Assembly: GCA_019244185.1 (NCBI GenBank)
Contig: JAFATB010000020.1
Coordinates: forward strand, 64,001-128,000
Direction: 5' to 3'
DNA: 64,000 nucleotides
Origin: Acidobacteriota bacterium
GTDB lineage: Bacteria > Acidobacteriota > Thermoanaerobaculia > Gp7-AA8
Below, in pieces: positions 28,842 through 38,820 of the stretch. Each line of letters starts with the position of its first letter. Within the stretch, counting starts at the first letter, position 1. Position numbers and translations under genes: made by a program. The notes under the pieces were generated by a model, which searched no databases, was not told the DNA's origin, and saw only the letters and a list, made by a program, of their open reading frames with translations.

Positions 28842-30650
28842 TCAGTGCTGCACGGAGCGCCGCCGCGGCGGCGTCGACGGCGCCGTGAACTCGTACGTCA
28901 GCGAGCGCCGCGGCGGACACGCCGGACCGTAGTCCGACTCCACCCACCACCGCACGCGGCCGCTGAGAAACGCGGTGTACGTGTTCGTCTCCAGTCCCCG
29001 CGCGAGTGCGACGGGCGGCCTTCCGTCGACGGAGACCCATACCGTCGACGACCGCGCGCCGGCGACCGGCTGCCAGACCATGCGCACCACGTTCGTCGAC
29101 GTCGTCTCGCGATACGCCGGTTTCGACAGGTTCGCGCGCACTTCCGAACAGCGGACGCCGAGGTAGACGTCGTGATCGGCGAGATCGTGCTGCCCGCGCC
29201 AGTACGCGAGATTGAAGACGCGCGATTCGAGGAAGCCGAAGGACGTCTTGCCGTTTGCGCGCACGCGCAGAATCGCGGTGAGCTCGCCGAGACGATAGGG
29301 ATCGAGCAATGCGCGCGAGGTGAACGGATTGCGGCCGACGAGGATGCGCCCTTCGGCGTCGCTGGTGAAGTGGAGATCGGGCACGTCGTCGACGACACGC
29401 GTGAGATACGTGTCGGCAATGGAGAGATCGTCGTTCTCGCGGACGCCCTGGAAGAGATCGACGTCCGCGTTCGGCACGGGATTGCCTTCGGCATCGCGCA
29501 GCGTGATGCGATTCTGCGCGGGCAGATCGTTGAGGTACGCGCCGTAGTTGCCCGGCACGTTCGCGATGCCGGACACCGCGCGCGCGCCGGCGATGAGGTT
29601 GAGCGCGGCGGCGCTGTAGCGATCGATCCAGTCGTAGTCGTTCGCCATCAGGCCGCTGTCGGCGGTCTCGTAAACCGTGTAGCCCTGCATGCCGTTCGAG
29701 ATCAGCGACGACGCGGGCATCAGGTTGCCGACGACCGGCGTCCCGTTGTCGGTGATGTCGACGCGGTACCGCGGCGGCAGGTGCTTCACGCCGAAGGCGT
29801 AGACGTCGATGAGATAGCGCGCATGCCCGAGCTCGTGCACCGTCGTCTTGTTCAGGTAGAACGAGTTCAACGTGTTGATGGAGGTGAGATCGGTGAGGCC
29901 CGGAACGGCGTCCGCGGTGAAGCCCCACGACAGATCGACCGTGCGATCGGCGTCGTTCGGATGCGATGAAGCGTTGCCGTCGACCGGATTCACGGGCACG
30001 AGCGGCAGCGCGCCGTCGGGCACGACGACGACCTTCTGCAATCGCCAGCGATCGTGCACGCCCTGCGGCGTCTCCGGATAAATGGCGATCTGCGCGATGT
30101 CGTTGTACCAGGTGATGTGCCGCTGCGCCCAGTCCTCGAACGATGCGGAGCCGAGGCCGGCGAGCTTCTGCTGGTTCTCGCGCATGAAGCGGTAGAACGA
30201 CTCTTCGACCCAGAAGCCGACCGCGAGCGCGTCGGTGAAGATGGTGAGCTCGTTGTTCGTCTCCGATTCCTCGACGAGCTGCCGATCGCTGTCGATGCGA
30301 AACGTCAGCTCGTGACGCTCGAACGACCACGGGCGCACGAGGTCGACGGTCGTAAACGCATCCGCGGCGAGTTGCACGGAGCCCGATTCGACGACCGCGT
30401 GATCGAGCAGCCATTCGTAGCGAACGGTCTGCGCGCCGTTCGACCAGTTGCGCACGTGCGCCTGCCATGTCACGGCCTGACCAACGGCCGGCCAGCCTTC
30501 GACGCGCGGGTTCATGCTTTGCCAGACGTAGTCGATCTCGGGCAGGCGGCTGATCCAGCCGACGTCGAGGTCGGTGCTCGTACGCGCGAAGAGGCTCGAG
30601 GCGGCGAACACCAACAGCAGTGCGACGCGTGCAGGCGCGGGAATCGTCAT
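28842..30650 (-). CDS. Secreted putative zinc metallopeptidase with CARDB/Ig-like domain and basic C-terminal tail
   Basis: Signal peptide, D.....V.ES.ETNN (CARDB), HELGH, terminal PPRRRSVQH. Confidence 0.75.
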   Translation of the reverse strand: MTIPAPARVALLLVFAASSLFARTSTDLDVGWISRLPEIDYVWQSMNPRVEGWPAVGQAVTWQAHVRNWSNGAQTVRYEWLLDHAVVESGSVQLAADAFTTVDLVRPWSFERHELTFRIDSDRQLVEESETNNELTIFTDALAVGFWVEESFYRFMRENQQKLAGLGSASFEDWAQRHITWYNDIAQIAIYPETPQGVHDRWRLQKVVVVPDGALPLVPVNPVDGNASSHPNDADRTVDLSWGFTADAVPGLTDLTSINTLNSFYLNKTTVHELGHARYLIDVYAFGVKHLPPRYRVDITDNGTPVVGNLMPASSLISNGMQGYTVYETADSGLMANDYDWIDRYSAAALNLIAGARAVSGIANVPGNYGAYLNDLPAQNRITLRDAEGNPVPNADVDLFQGVRENDDLSIADTYLTRVVDDVPDLHFTSDAEGRILVGRNPFTSRALLDPYRLGELTAILRVRANGKTSFGFLESRVFNLAYWRGQHDLADHDVYLGVRCSEVRANLSKPAYRETTSTNVVRMVWQPVAGARSSTVWVSVDGRPPVALARGLETNTYTAFLSGRVRWWVESDYGPACPPRRSLTYEFTAPSTPPRRRSVQH

Positions 30651-30779
30651 CGTCGTCTCCGAAGGCGATCAACCTAGCACCGCGCGAATCCGCGAGATCG
30701 CACGCGCGTGCGATGTTTGCAGTCTTGATGCAGCACCAGCGGGCTGAACTTCTTCGCGCCGCATGCGTAGAGTGCAGGC

Positions 30780-32288
30780 ATGCACGACGCGCACGAGCTC
30801 CGCGAGCGCCGCTCCGCACTCCTCGGCATCGCACTCTTCGCGCTCGCGAAGCTCGCGCTGCACACGTGGATCAACCGCCAGTACGGCTTTCATCGCGACG
30901 AGCTCGCGACGCTCGACGACGCGCGGCATCTCGCGTGGGGCTTCGTCGCGTATCCGCCGCTCACGCCATTCTTCGGCCGCATCGCGCTGACGCTCTTCGG
31001 CACGTCGCTGGCGGGCTTCCGCTTTTTCGCCGCGGCGGCGCAGGCGGTCGCGATCGTGCTCACCGGCGACATCGCGCGGCGTCTCGGCGGCGCACGCGCG
31101 GCGCAATGGCTCGCCGCGATCGCCGTCGCCGTCGCGCCGATCTCCCTCGGCGCGTCGTCGCTCTTTCAGTACGTCGCGTTCGATTACCTCTGGTGGGTCG
31201 TGATCGCATGGGGCATGACCGCGCTCGTCGCGTCCGAAGATCCACGCTGGTGGCTCGTCATCGGCGCCGGCATCGGCCTCGGCGTGCTGACGAAGTACGC
31301 GATCGCCTTCTGCGTCGCCGGCGTGGTCCTCGGCGTGCTGCTCACGCCGCGCCGCCGCGACCTGCGCTCGAAGTATCTGTGGCTCGGCGTCGCCGTCGCC
31401 GTGGTCATCGCCGCGCCGAACCTGCTCTGGGAAGTGCGCCACGACTTCATCACGCTCGACTTTCTGAAGAGCATCCACCAGCGCGACATCGAGATCGGGC
31501 GCACGAGCGACTTCCTCGTGAATCAGCTCTACGTTCCCGCGAATCCGTTGACGATTCCGTTGTGGGCCGCAGGCCTCGCCGCGCTCTTCTTCGTTCGTTC
31601 CTTCGCGCGCTTCCGCATCCTCGCCTGGGTGGCGCTCGTGCCCTTCGTGCTCTTCATCGTGGCGAAAGGCCGCGACTACTACGCCGGGCCGCTCTATCCC
31701 CCGCTCCTCGCCGCGGGCTCGGTGCTGCTGCTTTCGCTGATGTCCGCGCGCGCGGTGAGGTGGACGCTCGCGATCGCGATTCCGATCCTGCTCGCGGCGG
31801 GCGGCGCGATCGCGGCGCTGATCCTGCCGGTCGCGCCTCCCGGCTCCGCGTGGTTCCGGCGCGCACTCGAGGAAAACGGCGATCTGCGCGAGGAGCTCGG
31901 CTGGCCGGAGCTCGCGGGCGAAGTCGCGCGCATCTGGCAAACGATTCCCGCGAGCGAGCGCGCGCACGCGGCGATCTACTGCGCGAATTACGGCGAGGCC
32001 GGCGCGATCGGCTTGTATGGTCCCGCGCATGGATTGCCGCCCGCGATCAGCGGCGTGAACTCGTTCTGGGCGCGCGGCTACGGCGATCCGCCGCCGGACA
32101 TCGTGATCGTCGTCGGCGCGCGACGCGAGCGGCTCGAGCAGCGCTTCGGCGTCGTCGAGTTGGCGGGACACGTGCCGAATCCGTGGCACGTCGCGAACGA
32201 AGAAGCGGGACATCCGGAGATCTACGTCTGCCGCGGGCCGCGCGTGCCGTGGGCGCAGCTGTGGCCGCAGATCCGCTCGTTTGGTTGA
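30780..32288 (+). CDS. GT-C membrane glycosyltransferase (family 39/ArnT-like)
   Basis: YGFHRDEL, YPPL, LTKY, PNLLWE, NYGEAGA; many TM segments. Confidence 0.88.
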   Translation: MHDAHELRERRSALLGIALFALAKLALHTWINRQYGFHRDELATLDDARHLAWGFVAYPPLTPFFGRIALTLFGTSLAGFRFFAAAAQAVAIVLTGDIARRLGGARAAQWLAAIAVAVAPISLGASSLFQYVAFDYLWWVVIAWGMTALVASEDPRWWLVIGAGIGLGVLTKYAIAFCVAGVVLGVLLTPRRRDLRSKYLWLGVAVAVVIAAPNLLWEVRHDFITLDFLKSIHQRDIEIGRTSDFLVNQLYVPANPLTIPLWAAGLAALFFVRSFARFRILAWVALVPFVLFIVAKGRDYYAGPLYPPLLAAGSVLLLSLMSARAVRWTLAIAIPILLAAGGAIAALILPVAPPGSAWFRRALEENGDLREELGWPELAGEVARIWQTIPASERAHAAIYCANYGEAGAIGLYGPAHGLPPAISGVNSFWARGYGDPPPDIVIVVGARRERLEQRFGVVELAGHVPNPWHVANEEAGHPEIYVCRGPRVPWAQLWPQIRSFG

Positions 32289-32291
32289 CGC

Positions 32292-32699
32292 TCACCACAT
32301 CCCGATGTCGCGTAGCGGCGCGAGCACGAACTCGCGCTCGTGGAAGCGCGGATGCGGCAGCGTGAGCGCGCGCGTCCGCATGCGATGCGCGCCGTAGAAG
32401 ATCAGATCGAGATCGATGATACGCGGCGCGTTCCGCACGCTGCCGCGCACGCGGCCGAGGCGGCGTTCGATCGCGAGGAGCGCATCGAGCAACGCCAGCG
32501 GCGCGAGATGCGTGTAGCCGGCGACGGCCATGTTGAGGAACGGCGGCGAGTGCGGCGGCGCGTCGACCGGCGCGGTCTCGCGGATCGCGCTCACGCGCAC
32601 GATGCGCACGACGTCGCGCAGCTCGTGCAGCGCGCGGCGCAGAAAGTACGCGCGGTCGCCGAGGTTCGACCCAAGGGCGATGACGACGGTTTCAGGCGT
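32292..32699 (-). CDS. folK: 2-amino-4-hydroxy-6-hydroxymethyldihydropteridine diphosphokinase
   Basis: IALGSNLGDR, FLN, PRIIDLDL, LPHPR; start uncertain (ACG at 32699 or ATG at 32801). Confidence 0.93.
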   Translation of the reverse strand, partial: TPETVVIALGSNLGDRAYFLRRALHELRDVVRIVRVSAIRETAPVDAPPHSPPFLNMAVAGYTHLAPLALLDALLAIERRLGRVRGSVRNAPRIIDLDLIFYGAHRMRTRALTLPHPRFHEREFVLAPLRDIGMW

Positions 32700-33129
32700 C
32701 GATGCTGAGATCGTTCGGGAGCTCGTCGACGTCGTCGCTGGCGCGCGGGAAGAACTCGCGGAGGTGGTCGCCGGCGGCGCGGATTGCTTCGACGATGCCA
32801 TCGGTGAATTCTCCGTTCTTGAAGCGGACCGTCAGCTTCGCGGCGATCTCGTCCCAGAAGCCGGCGGGCACGCTCTCGTCGATGTGCTGATCGCCGAGGA
32901 TGACGAAGCGCTGTTCCTCGCAGGCGATGAAAAGCAGCACGCCGGTGCGCAGCGCGGTCTTAGTCATACCGAGGCGCTCGAACGTGCGCTCGGCGACGGT
33001 GCGCAGGTCGCCGCCGGCTTTCGGTTGCACGTGCACGCGGATCTCGCCGGAGGTCTGCAGTTCCGCTTCCGCGATCGCGTCGACGATGCGCGGCTGATCG
33101 AGCTTCGCCAGAAACTCCTTCTGATTCAT
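32692..33129 (-). CDS. TPM domain protein
   Basis: AELQTSGEIRVH, RTGVLL, ILGD..I, DELP. Confidence 0.9.
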   Translation of the reverse strand: MNQKEFLAKLDQPRIVDAIAEAELQTSGEIRVHVQPKAGGDLRTVAERTFERLGMTKTALRTGVLLFIACEEQRFVILGDQHIDESVPAGFWDEIAAKLTVRFKNGEFTDGIVEAIRAAGDHLREFFPRASDDVDELPNDLSIDA

Positions 33130-33947
33130 CACCAGCCTCCCGTCGCGCCGCCGCCGCCGAAGCCGCCACCGCCGCCCGAGAATCCGCCACCGCCGCCGAA
33201 CCCGCCGCCTCCTCCGAATCCGCCGAAGCCACCGCCGCCGAAGCCTCCGCGTCCGCCGAATGTGGTGCCGCCGCCGGAGAGGAAGAACGGCAGCAGACAG
33301 CCGCCGCAGCCGCCGCGACGCCGGCCGCCGCCAGTGAGCATCGGCACGACCACGAAGAAGACGACGAACAGGATCACGAGGATCGCGATCGGATTGAGAT
33401 CGCCGCGCGCGCGTTGCTGCGTGCCCTGTTGCGCCCCGCCGCTGCGCTGCATCGGCGCGACGGGAGCCTCGCCTTTGCGGATTTGCGCCATCAGCGCGTC
33501 GGCCGCGGCGCTCAGACCGCCCGCGTAGTCGTTCTGCTGGAAGTGCGGCGCGAGGTCGTTGCGGATGACGTCGGACGAGAACGCGTCGGTGATCGTGCCT
33601 TCGAGTCCGTAGCCGACCTCGACGCGCGCCTTGCGTTCCTTCGCGAAGATGAAGAGAACGAGTCCGTTGTCGTACTTTTTCTGCCCGACCTTCCACCGCT
33701 CGACGCAGCGGATGGTGAAGTCCTCGATCGACTGGCCTTCGATCGACGGCAGCGTGTAGATGATGAACTGCGCGCCGCTCTGCTGCTCGAAGCTGTGCAG
33801 CTTCGTATCGAGCAACGCGGCATCCGTCGCGTTGACGAGACCCGCGCTGTCGGTGAACCAGCGGGTGGGCGCCGGCGGGACGTCGAGCGCGAACGCGCTC
33901 GACGCCGAGGCGAGGAGCAGGAGGAGAAGAACGCGAAGGGAGCGCAC
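33129..33947 (-). CDS. TPM domain (YgcG-like) membrane protein with Gly-rich tail
   Basis: DNGLVL, RVEVGYGLEG.ITD, terminal GGGGFGGGGATGGW. Confidence 0.92.
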   Translation of the reverse strand: MRSLRVLLLLLLASASSAFALDVPPAPTRWFTDSAGLVNATDAALLDTKLHSFEQQSGAQFIIYTLPSIEGQSIEDFTIRCVERWKVGQKKYDNGLVLFIFAKERKARVEVGYGLEGTITDAFSSDVIRNDLAPHFQQNDYAGGLSAAADALMAQIRKGEAPVAPMQRSGGAQQGTQQRARGDLNPIAILVILFVVFFVVVPMLTGGGRRRGGCGGCLLPFFLSGGGTTFGGRGGFGGGGFGGFGGGGGFGGGGGFSGGGGGFGGGGATGGW

Positions 33948-33960
33948 GAGTCGCGCGCTC

Positions 33961-34596
33961 CTAGAACTGGAAGTTCACGTCCGGCGCCTTCTCGCTGCCC
34001 GCGGTGCCTTTGAAGTACGCCTTCGCCTTGAAGCCGCTCATGTTCGCAACGAGGTTCGCCGGGAAGCGGCGGATGGCCGTATTGAAGGCCTGCGCGGCGG
34101 TGTTATAGCGCTGTCGCTCGACGGAAATGCGGTTCTCCGTCCCTTCCAGCTGCGACTGCAGCTCGAGGAAGTTCTGGTTCGACTTCAGGTCGGGATAGCG
34201 CTCGACGACGACGAGCAGCCGCGAGAGCGCGTTCGACAGTCCGGCCTGCGCTTCCGCGAACTGGTTCATCGCGTTCTGGTCGTTGACCGCGGCGCCCGCG
34301 CCGGCGGCGGCACCCGGAGGTCCGCCCGGCGACTGCACCTGGCCGACGCGCGCGCGTGCGTTGACGACCGCTTCGAGCGTCGACTTCTCGAAGTTCGCCG
34401 CGCCCTGCACCGTGCGCACGAGATTCGGGATAAGGTCGTAGCGCCGCTGATACTGGCTCTCGACCTGCGCCCATTGCTGGTTCACGCCTTCCTCGAGGCC
34501 GACGAGGTTATTGCGCACGCTGACGAAGTAGCCGCCGAAGATGATGACGGCCAGGATCAGCGCTCCGACGCAGCCGAGCAATCCGAACTTGCGCAC
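33961..34596 (-). CDS. lemA: LemA family protein
   Basis: YQRRYDLIPNLV, ERYPDLK, LEGTENRI. Confidence 0.95.
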   Translation of the reverse strand: MRKFGLLGCVGALILAVIIFGGYFVSVRNNLVGLEEGVNQQWAQVESQYQRRYDLIPNLVRTVQGAANFEKSTLEAVVNARARVGQVQSPGGPPGAAAGAGAAVNDQNAMNQFAEAQAGLSNALSRLLVVVERYPDLKSNQNFLELQSQLEGTENRISVERQRYNTAAQAFNTAIRRFPANLVANMSGFKAKAYFKGTAGSEKAPDVNFQF

Positions 34597-34889
34597 TAGT
34601 ACTCCTCTTCTTCTTCTTCGTCCGCTTCTTCCTCGCGGTCGTCCGCGGCGGGCGTGAACTCTTCGTCCTCGCCTTCCGCGGCTTCGCCGCCGCTGGCCGC
34701 GGGCGTGAACTCTTCTTCGTCCGGCGGTTCCTCGACGACGCGGCGGCCGCGTGGTGACGTGTAGACCGGCGCCTCCTCGGCATCGCGCTGGTCCGCGCCG
34801 CACTTCGGACAGAGCGGCACGGGCTTGCCGAGGTCATAGAACTTCGTATGGCAGCTGTAACAGGTGTATTTGCGTCCGAGCTCAGGCAT
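34596..34889 (-). CDS. FYDLN-acid domain zinc-ribbon protein (TIGR02300-like)
   Basis: [17 protein letters not shown]...CPKCG followed by an acidic tail. Confidence 0.88.
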   Translation of the reverse strand: MPELGRKYTCYSCHTKFYDLGKPVPLCPKCGADQRDAEEAPVYTSPRGRRVVEEPPDEEEFTPAASGGEAAEGEDEEFTPAADDREEEADEEEEEEY

Positions 34890-34934
34890 CTGTGATTTCC
34901 GTATCCCCTTCGAAAAGCGGCGACACGTTAGCAC

Positions 34935-34966
34935 AAAACAGAAGCGGCGGGCTCGCGCCCGCCGCT
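34935..34966 (-). terminator. Intrinsic terminator after the S41 peptidase gene
   Basis: 10-bp GC stem agcggcgggc/gcccgccgct, 4-nt loop, followed by TCTGTTTT on the minus strand. Confidence 0.65.
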
Positions 34967-34989
34967 CGCGTGTTGCCGCTGCAAATCGG

Positions 34990-36657
34990 CTAATCGGTTT
35001 TCGGATTCGCCTGCGCGGCGCGCGTTCCCGCCTGATCGGTGCGGCCGTCGCTGCCGTGCGCGCGAACGTTCTCGGCGGTCGTGGCGAGCTTCTGCGACTC
35101 GGGGAAGACCTCGAGCGCTTTCTCGATCTGCGCGTCGCCTTCGAGGCGATACGGATACGATGCGTCGAAGCCGAACTTCGCGGCCACGATCTCCGCCTTC
35201 AGCGCGCGCTCGATGTACTTGCGGTCGACCGGCTGCTGCAGCGCCGAGCGGATGTCGCTCTCCGAGGCCATGTCCTTCTCCGCGGAGTAGCGGATGAACT
35301 CCTCGACCATGGCCGGCGTGACGACGATGTCCTTCGTGACGTCGTGCGCCGCGGCGTATTCGACGGCGTAGTTGAAGATCGCGCTGCGCACTTCGAGAAG
35401 CTGCGTCGTGCGCGCGAGCGTCGGCTGTTTGATCATCACGTCCGGCGTGATGCCGCCGCCGCCGTAGACGATGCGTCCCGTGTCGGTCTTGAACTGCGCG
35501 CGCTTGTCGAGCGGCACCTCGGGACCGTTCTCGGTCTCGTCGGCCATGTAGTAGTCGTAGACGGAGCTGTAGTCGCGCTGAATGTTGCGGCCGGACGGCG
35601 TGTAGTACTTCGACGTCGTCAGTGCGAGCCCCGCGCCGTACTGCAGCGTGTAGACGCTCTGCACGAGTCCCTTGCCCCAGCTCGTCTCACCGACGACGAG
35701 GCCGCGGTCGTGATCCTGAATCGCACCGGCCACGATCTCCGACGCCGACGCGCTGCCGCGGTTGACGACGACGACGAGCGGACGCTCGAAGCGATCGTGC
35801 TTGCCGGGCGCCGTGTACTCCTGCGCGGAGTCGGGCGTGCGGCCGCGCGTGTAGACGATCATCTGCCCCTTCTCGAGGAAGTGATCGGCGACGCCGACGG
35901 CCGCGTCGAGGAGACCGCCGGGATTGCCGCGCAGGTCGAGGACGAGCTTCTGCATCCCCTGCTCGTTGAGCTTGGCGATGGCGTCATCGAGCTCGCGCAC
36001 GGTCGTCGAGGTGAAGTCTTTGATGCGGATGTAGCCGACGCCCGGACGGATCATCAGCGTGTTCGAGATCGAGTTCGTGGGGATGGCCGCGCGCGTGATC
36101 GTGAGCGCGATCGGCTCCTTGATGCCGATGCGGGTGATCTTGATGTGGACCGTGGTGCCCTTCGGTCCCTTGAGGCGCTTCACCACTTCATCGAGCGTGA
36201 GGTCGTCGGTGTTGGTGCCTTCGACTTCCGAGATCACATCGCCGGCGCGGACGCCGAGGCGCGCGGCGGGCGTGCCTTCGAGCGGCGTGATGACCGTGAC
36301 CTGATCGTTGCGCTTCGTGACCAGGATGCCGAGGCCGTAGAACGTGCCCTTCTGGCGATCCTGCATGTCCGAGTACTCCTTCGGCTCGAGGAAGGAGGTG
36401 TGCGGATCGAGCGTGCGCAGCATGCCGTCGATCGACGCGTAGACGAACTTGTCCGAGCCTTTGTCCTCGGGCGAGTTCGCGGTCACGGCGTTGAGCAGAT
36501 CGGTGTACTCCCTCATCCGCTTCTGCAGGTCGCCGTTCTGCGTCGTCGCGCCGAAGAGGCGGTTGCCGTAGAAGCCGCCGATCAGCGTCGCTCCGATGAT
36601 GGCGACGAGCAGCGTCAGCGAAAACGTCCATTTCGAAGTTGTCTGTACTTTGGCCAC
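34990..36657 (-). CDS. ctpA: Carboxyl-terminal processing protease, S41 family
   Basis: LDPH, PDZ domain, [26 protein letters not shown]. Confidence 0.95.
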   Translation of the reverse strand: MAKVQTTSKWTFSLTLLVAIIGATLIGGFYGNRLFGATTQNGDLQKRMREYTDLLNAVTANSPEDKGSDKFVYASIDGMLRTLDPHTSFLEPKEYSDMQDRQKGTFYGLGILVTKRNDQVTVITPLEGTPAARLGVRAGDVISEVEGTNTDDLTLDEVVKRLKGPKGTTVHIKITRIGIKEPIALTITRAAIPTNSISNTLMIRPGVGYIRIKDFTSTTVRELDDAIAKLNEQGMQKLVLDLRGNPGGLLDAAVGVADHFLEKGQMIVYTRGRTPDSAQEYTAPGKHDRFERPLVVVVNRGSASASEIVAGAIQDHDRGLVVGETSWGKGLVQSVYTLQYGAGLALTTSKYYTPSGRNIQRDYSSVYDYYMADETENGPEVPLDKRAQFKTDTGRIVYGGGGITPDVMIKQPTLARTTQLLEVRSAIFNYAVEYAAAHDVTKDIVVTPAMVEEFIRYSAEKDMASESDIRSALQQPVDRKYIERALKAEIVAAKFGFDASYPYRLEGDAQIEKALEVFPESQKLATTAENVRAHGSDGRTDQAGTRAAQANPKTD

Positions 36658-36777
36658 TGTCGTTCCTTCGTGCTCGCGATACACTTTGGACGGTCGTAAC
36701 GTCATTATAAGGACGGAGTATTCACCGTTCCGCGGCTGTTCACGCCGCCGTCACCTTCAGATCGAGATACTGCAACC

Positions 36778-37224
36778 ATGTTCGGCTCAATCGGGGTCCC
36801 GGAGCTTCTGCTCATCTTCGTCGTCGTGCTCATCGTCTTCGGACCGCGACGTCTTCCGGAAATCGGCCGCACGCTCGGCAAAGCGCTCGGCGAGTTCCGC
36901 AAAGCCACCGACGATCTGAAGAACACCATCGAACGCGAAGTGCGGCTCGAAGAGCTGAAGCAGATCGCGCCGTCGGTGCTCACGCCGGTCGAGTCGATAT
37001 CAAGGAGTGAGCCAGTCAAGCCTGCACCTGCTCCTGAGACGGTGAAAGAGCCGGAAACGTTGCCGGTGCCCGCTTCGGATCCGAACGAACCACGTCCGAC
37101 GATGGCCGAGCTCGCCCGCAAGGCGGAGATCGCGGCCGCGGAAGATGCGGCGGTGCCGGCGGCCGTGCCGTCCACAGCGGCCGGTGATCACGATGCGCCG
37201 ATCGCGCGCGGTACATTGAGCTGA
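36778..37224 (+). CDS. tatA: Twin-arginine translocase TatA/TatB family subunit
   Basis: GVPELLLIFVVVLIVFGPRRLPEIGRTLG..L.EF; long tail is TatB-like. Confidence 0.88.
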   Translation: MFGSIGVPELLLIFVVVLIVFGPRRLPEIGRTLGKALGEFRKATDDLKNTIEREVRLEELKQIAPSVLTPVESISRSEPVKPAPAPETVKEPETLPVPASDPNEPRPTMAELARKAEIAAAEDAAVPAAVPSTAAGDHDAPIARGTLS

Positions 37225-37991
37225 TGTCGGCGAACGCGAATCTCCACGCGGTGGAGCCGGATCCCGAGAGCGAACTGCCGAAGATGTCGTTCCTCGATCA
37301 CCTCGAGGAACTGCGCAAGCGGCTGATCGTCTCGTTCATCGCCGTCGGCGTCGGGTTCCTCCTCTGCTGGGCATTCGCGGACAAGATTTTCGGGAAGCTG
37401 CAGGAGCCGCTGACGAAGTTCCTGCCGCCGGGCGACAAGCTCGCGTACACGCGTCTCACCGCGCCGTTCTTCCTCTACATGAAGGTGGCGTTCTTCGCCG
37501 GCATCTTCCTCGCCGCGCCGGTGGTCTTGCTGCAGTTGTGGCTCTTCATCGCACCGGGACTGTACAAAAAGGAACGTCGCCTCGCCGCGCCGTTCATCAT
37601 CTTCGGCACGCTCTTCTTCCTCATCGGCGGCTACTTCGGCTATCGCATTCTGCTTCCCGCGACGTGCAGCTTCTTCGTCGAGCAGGGCAAGCAGTTCAAG
37701 CAGATGGTCACGATCGACGACTACTTCGGCTTCGCGAACACGATCATCCTCGCGACCGGCGCGGTCTTCGAGACGCCGATCCTGATCTTCTTCCTCGCGC
37801 GCATCGGCCTTGTGACGCCCGCGTTCCTGATGCAGAAGTTCAAGTACGCGGTGGTGCTGTCGTTCATCATCGCGGCCGTCGTCACGCCGACGCCGGACAT
37901 GGTCACGCAGTCCGCGCTGGCCGTGCCGATGATCCTGCTGTATCTGATCGGCGTCGGCGTCGCGTACGCGTTCGGCAAGAAGGTCGAGTAA
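37224..37991 (+). CDS. tatC: Twin-arginine translocase subunit TatC
   Basis: MSFLDHLEELRKR, FIAPGL, FETP, TPTPD. Confidence 0.96.
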   Translation: MSANANLHAVEPDPESELPKMSFLDHLEELRKRLIVSFIAVGVGFLLCWAFADKIFGKLQEPLTKFLPPGDKLAYTRLTAPFFLYMKVAFFAGIFLAAPVVLLQLWLFIAPGLYKKERRLAAPFIIFGTLFFLIGGYFGYRILLPATCSFFVEQGKQFKQMVTIDDYFGFANTIILATGAVFETPILIFFLARIGLVTPAFLMQKFKYAVVLSFIIAAVVTPTPDMVTQSALAVPMILLYLIGVGVAYAFGKKVE

Positions 37992-38022
37992 ACGCCGCCG
38001 CGTTGCGCCGCGTACAACCGGC

Positions 38023-38517
38023 ATGACCCGCTGGTTGACCCTTTCCGCGCTCCTCCTCCTCTCGCTCGCCGCCTCCGCACAGACCCGCATCGACCTCGGC
38101 GTTTCGCTCGGACAGCAGCCGTACTCCAACACCATTCTCGATCCGCGCTACCTGCCGGGCGTCGACGTCACCGCGACACACAATCACCTCGTCGCGCAAC
38201 TCGCCATCGAATATGCCGACATCTCGGATGTCGACGGCCATCTCTACGCGTTGCACGGCGACGCGCTCTATCGCATCCCGTTCGCATCGACCTGGAGCTT
38301 CGCCATCGGCGGCGGCCCGTCTTACCTCTACAGCGGTGAGTCGGTCTCCGAGTTCACCGTCAACGGCGAAGCGGAGCTCGCATGGCAGCGCGATCGGTTC
38401 GGCGTGTTCGGCCGCGTCCGCGCGTACGACTATTCACTGACTGGATTTCGCGTGCGTGAATCCGGACCGAACGGTCCCGCCGTCTATCTCGGCGCGCGCT
38501 GGACGCTGCAGCGCTGA
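38023..38517 (+). CDS. Exported hypothetical protein, small beta-barrel-like
   Basis: Signal peptide and alternating amphipathic beta strands ending YLGARW. Confidence 0.6.
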   Translation: MTRWLTLSALLLLSLAASAQTRIDLGVSLGQQPYSNTILDPRYLPGVDVTATHNHLVAQLAIEYADISDVDGHLYALHGDALYRIPFASTWSFAIGGGPSYLYSGESVSEFTVNGEAELAWQRDRFGVFGRVRAYDYSLTGFRVRESGPNGPAVYLGARWTLQR

Positions 38518-38526
38518 GCGCGCGCG

Positions 38527-38742
38527 TCAGCGCTCGACTTCGAACTCCGACGCCGTCTGCGCCAGCGCCTCGTTGAAGATGATGACCGTCTCGGCGATCG
38601 GAAACAGCACGGTGTGATTGCGCTGCTGCACTTCGAGCACGACTTCGTAGAAGCCGAGGTCGTTGATGGCGATGAGCGTGCCGGGCTTTCCCTTGATCTC
38701 CAGCGTGCGGTTGAAGATCGAGATCTTGGACGGTATCTCCAT
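38527..38742 (-). CDS. Small hypothetical protein
   Basis: 71 aa, coding-like codon usage, beta-rich (SH3-like) pattern. Confidence 0.7.
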   Translation of the reverse strand: MEIPSKISIFNRTLEIKGKPGTLIAINDLGFYEVVLEVQQRNHTVLFPIAETVIIFNEALAQTASEFEVER

Positions 38743-38765
38743 GCGCGCGAACGATAGCACGACAC

Positions 38766-38800
38766 AAAAAAAGGGCGGACCGAACTCCGCCCTTTCGTTT
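38766..38800 (-). terminator. Intrinsic terminator after the PPIase gene
   Basis: gggcgga/tccgccc stem followed by seven T on the minus strand. Confidence 0.85.
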
Positions 38801-38820
38801 CGTTGCGATGTGCTCGCGCG

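Noticed and set aside
27562-30834. Very long Arg/Ala-rich alternative-frame ORFs (this one, 56184..59087, 60205..62694 and many others)
   Set aside because: Shadow ORFs expected in high-GC DNA; they overlap well-supported genes and carry no motifs.
33135-33280. GC-rich microsatellite-like repeats
   Set aside because: Explained by the Gly-rich tail normal for YgcG/TPM proteins.
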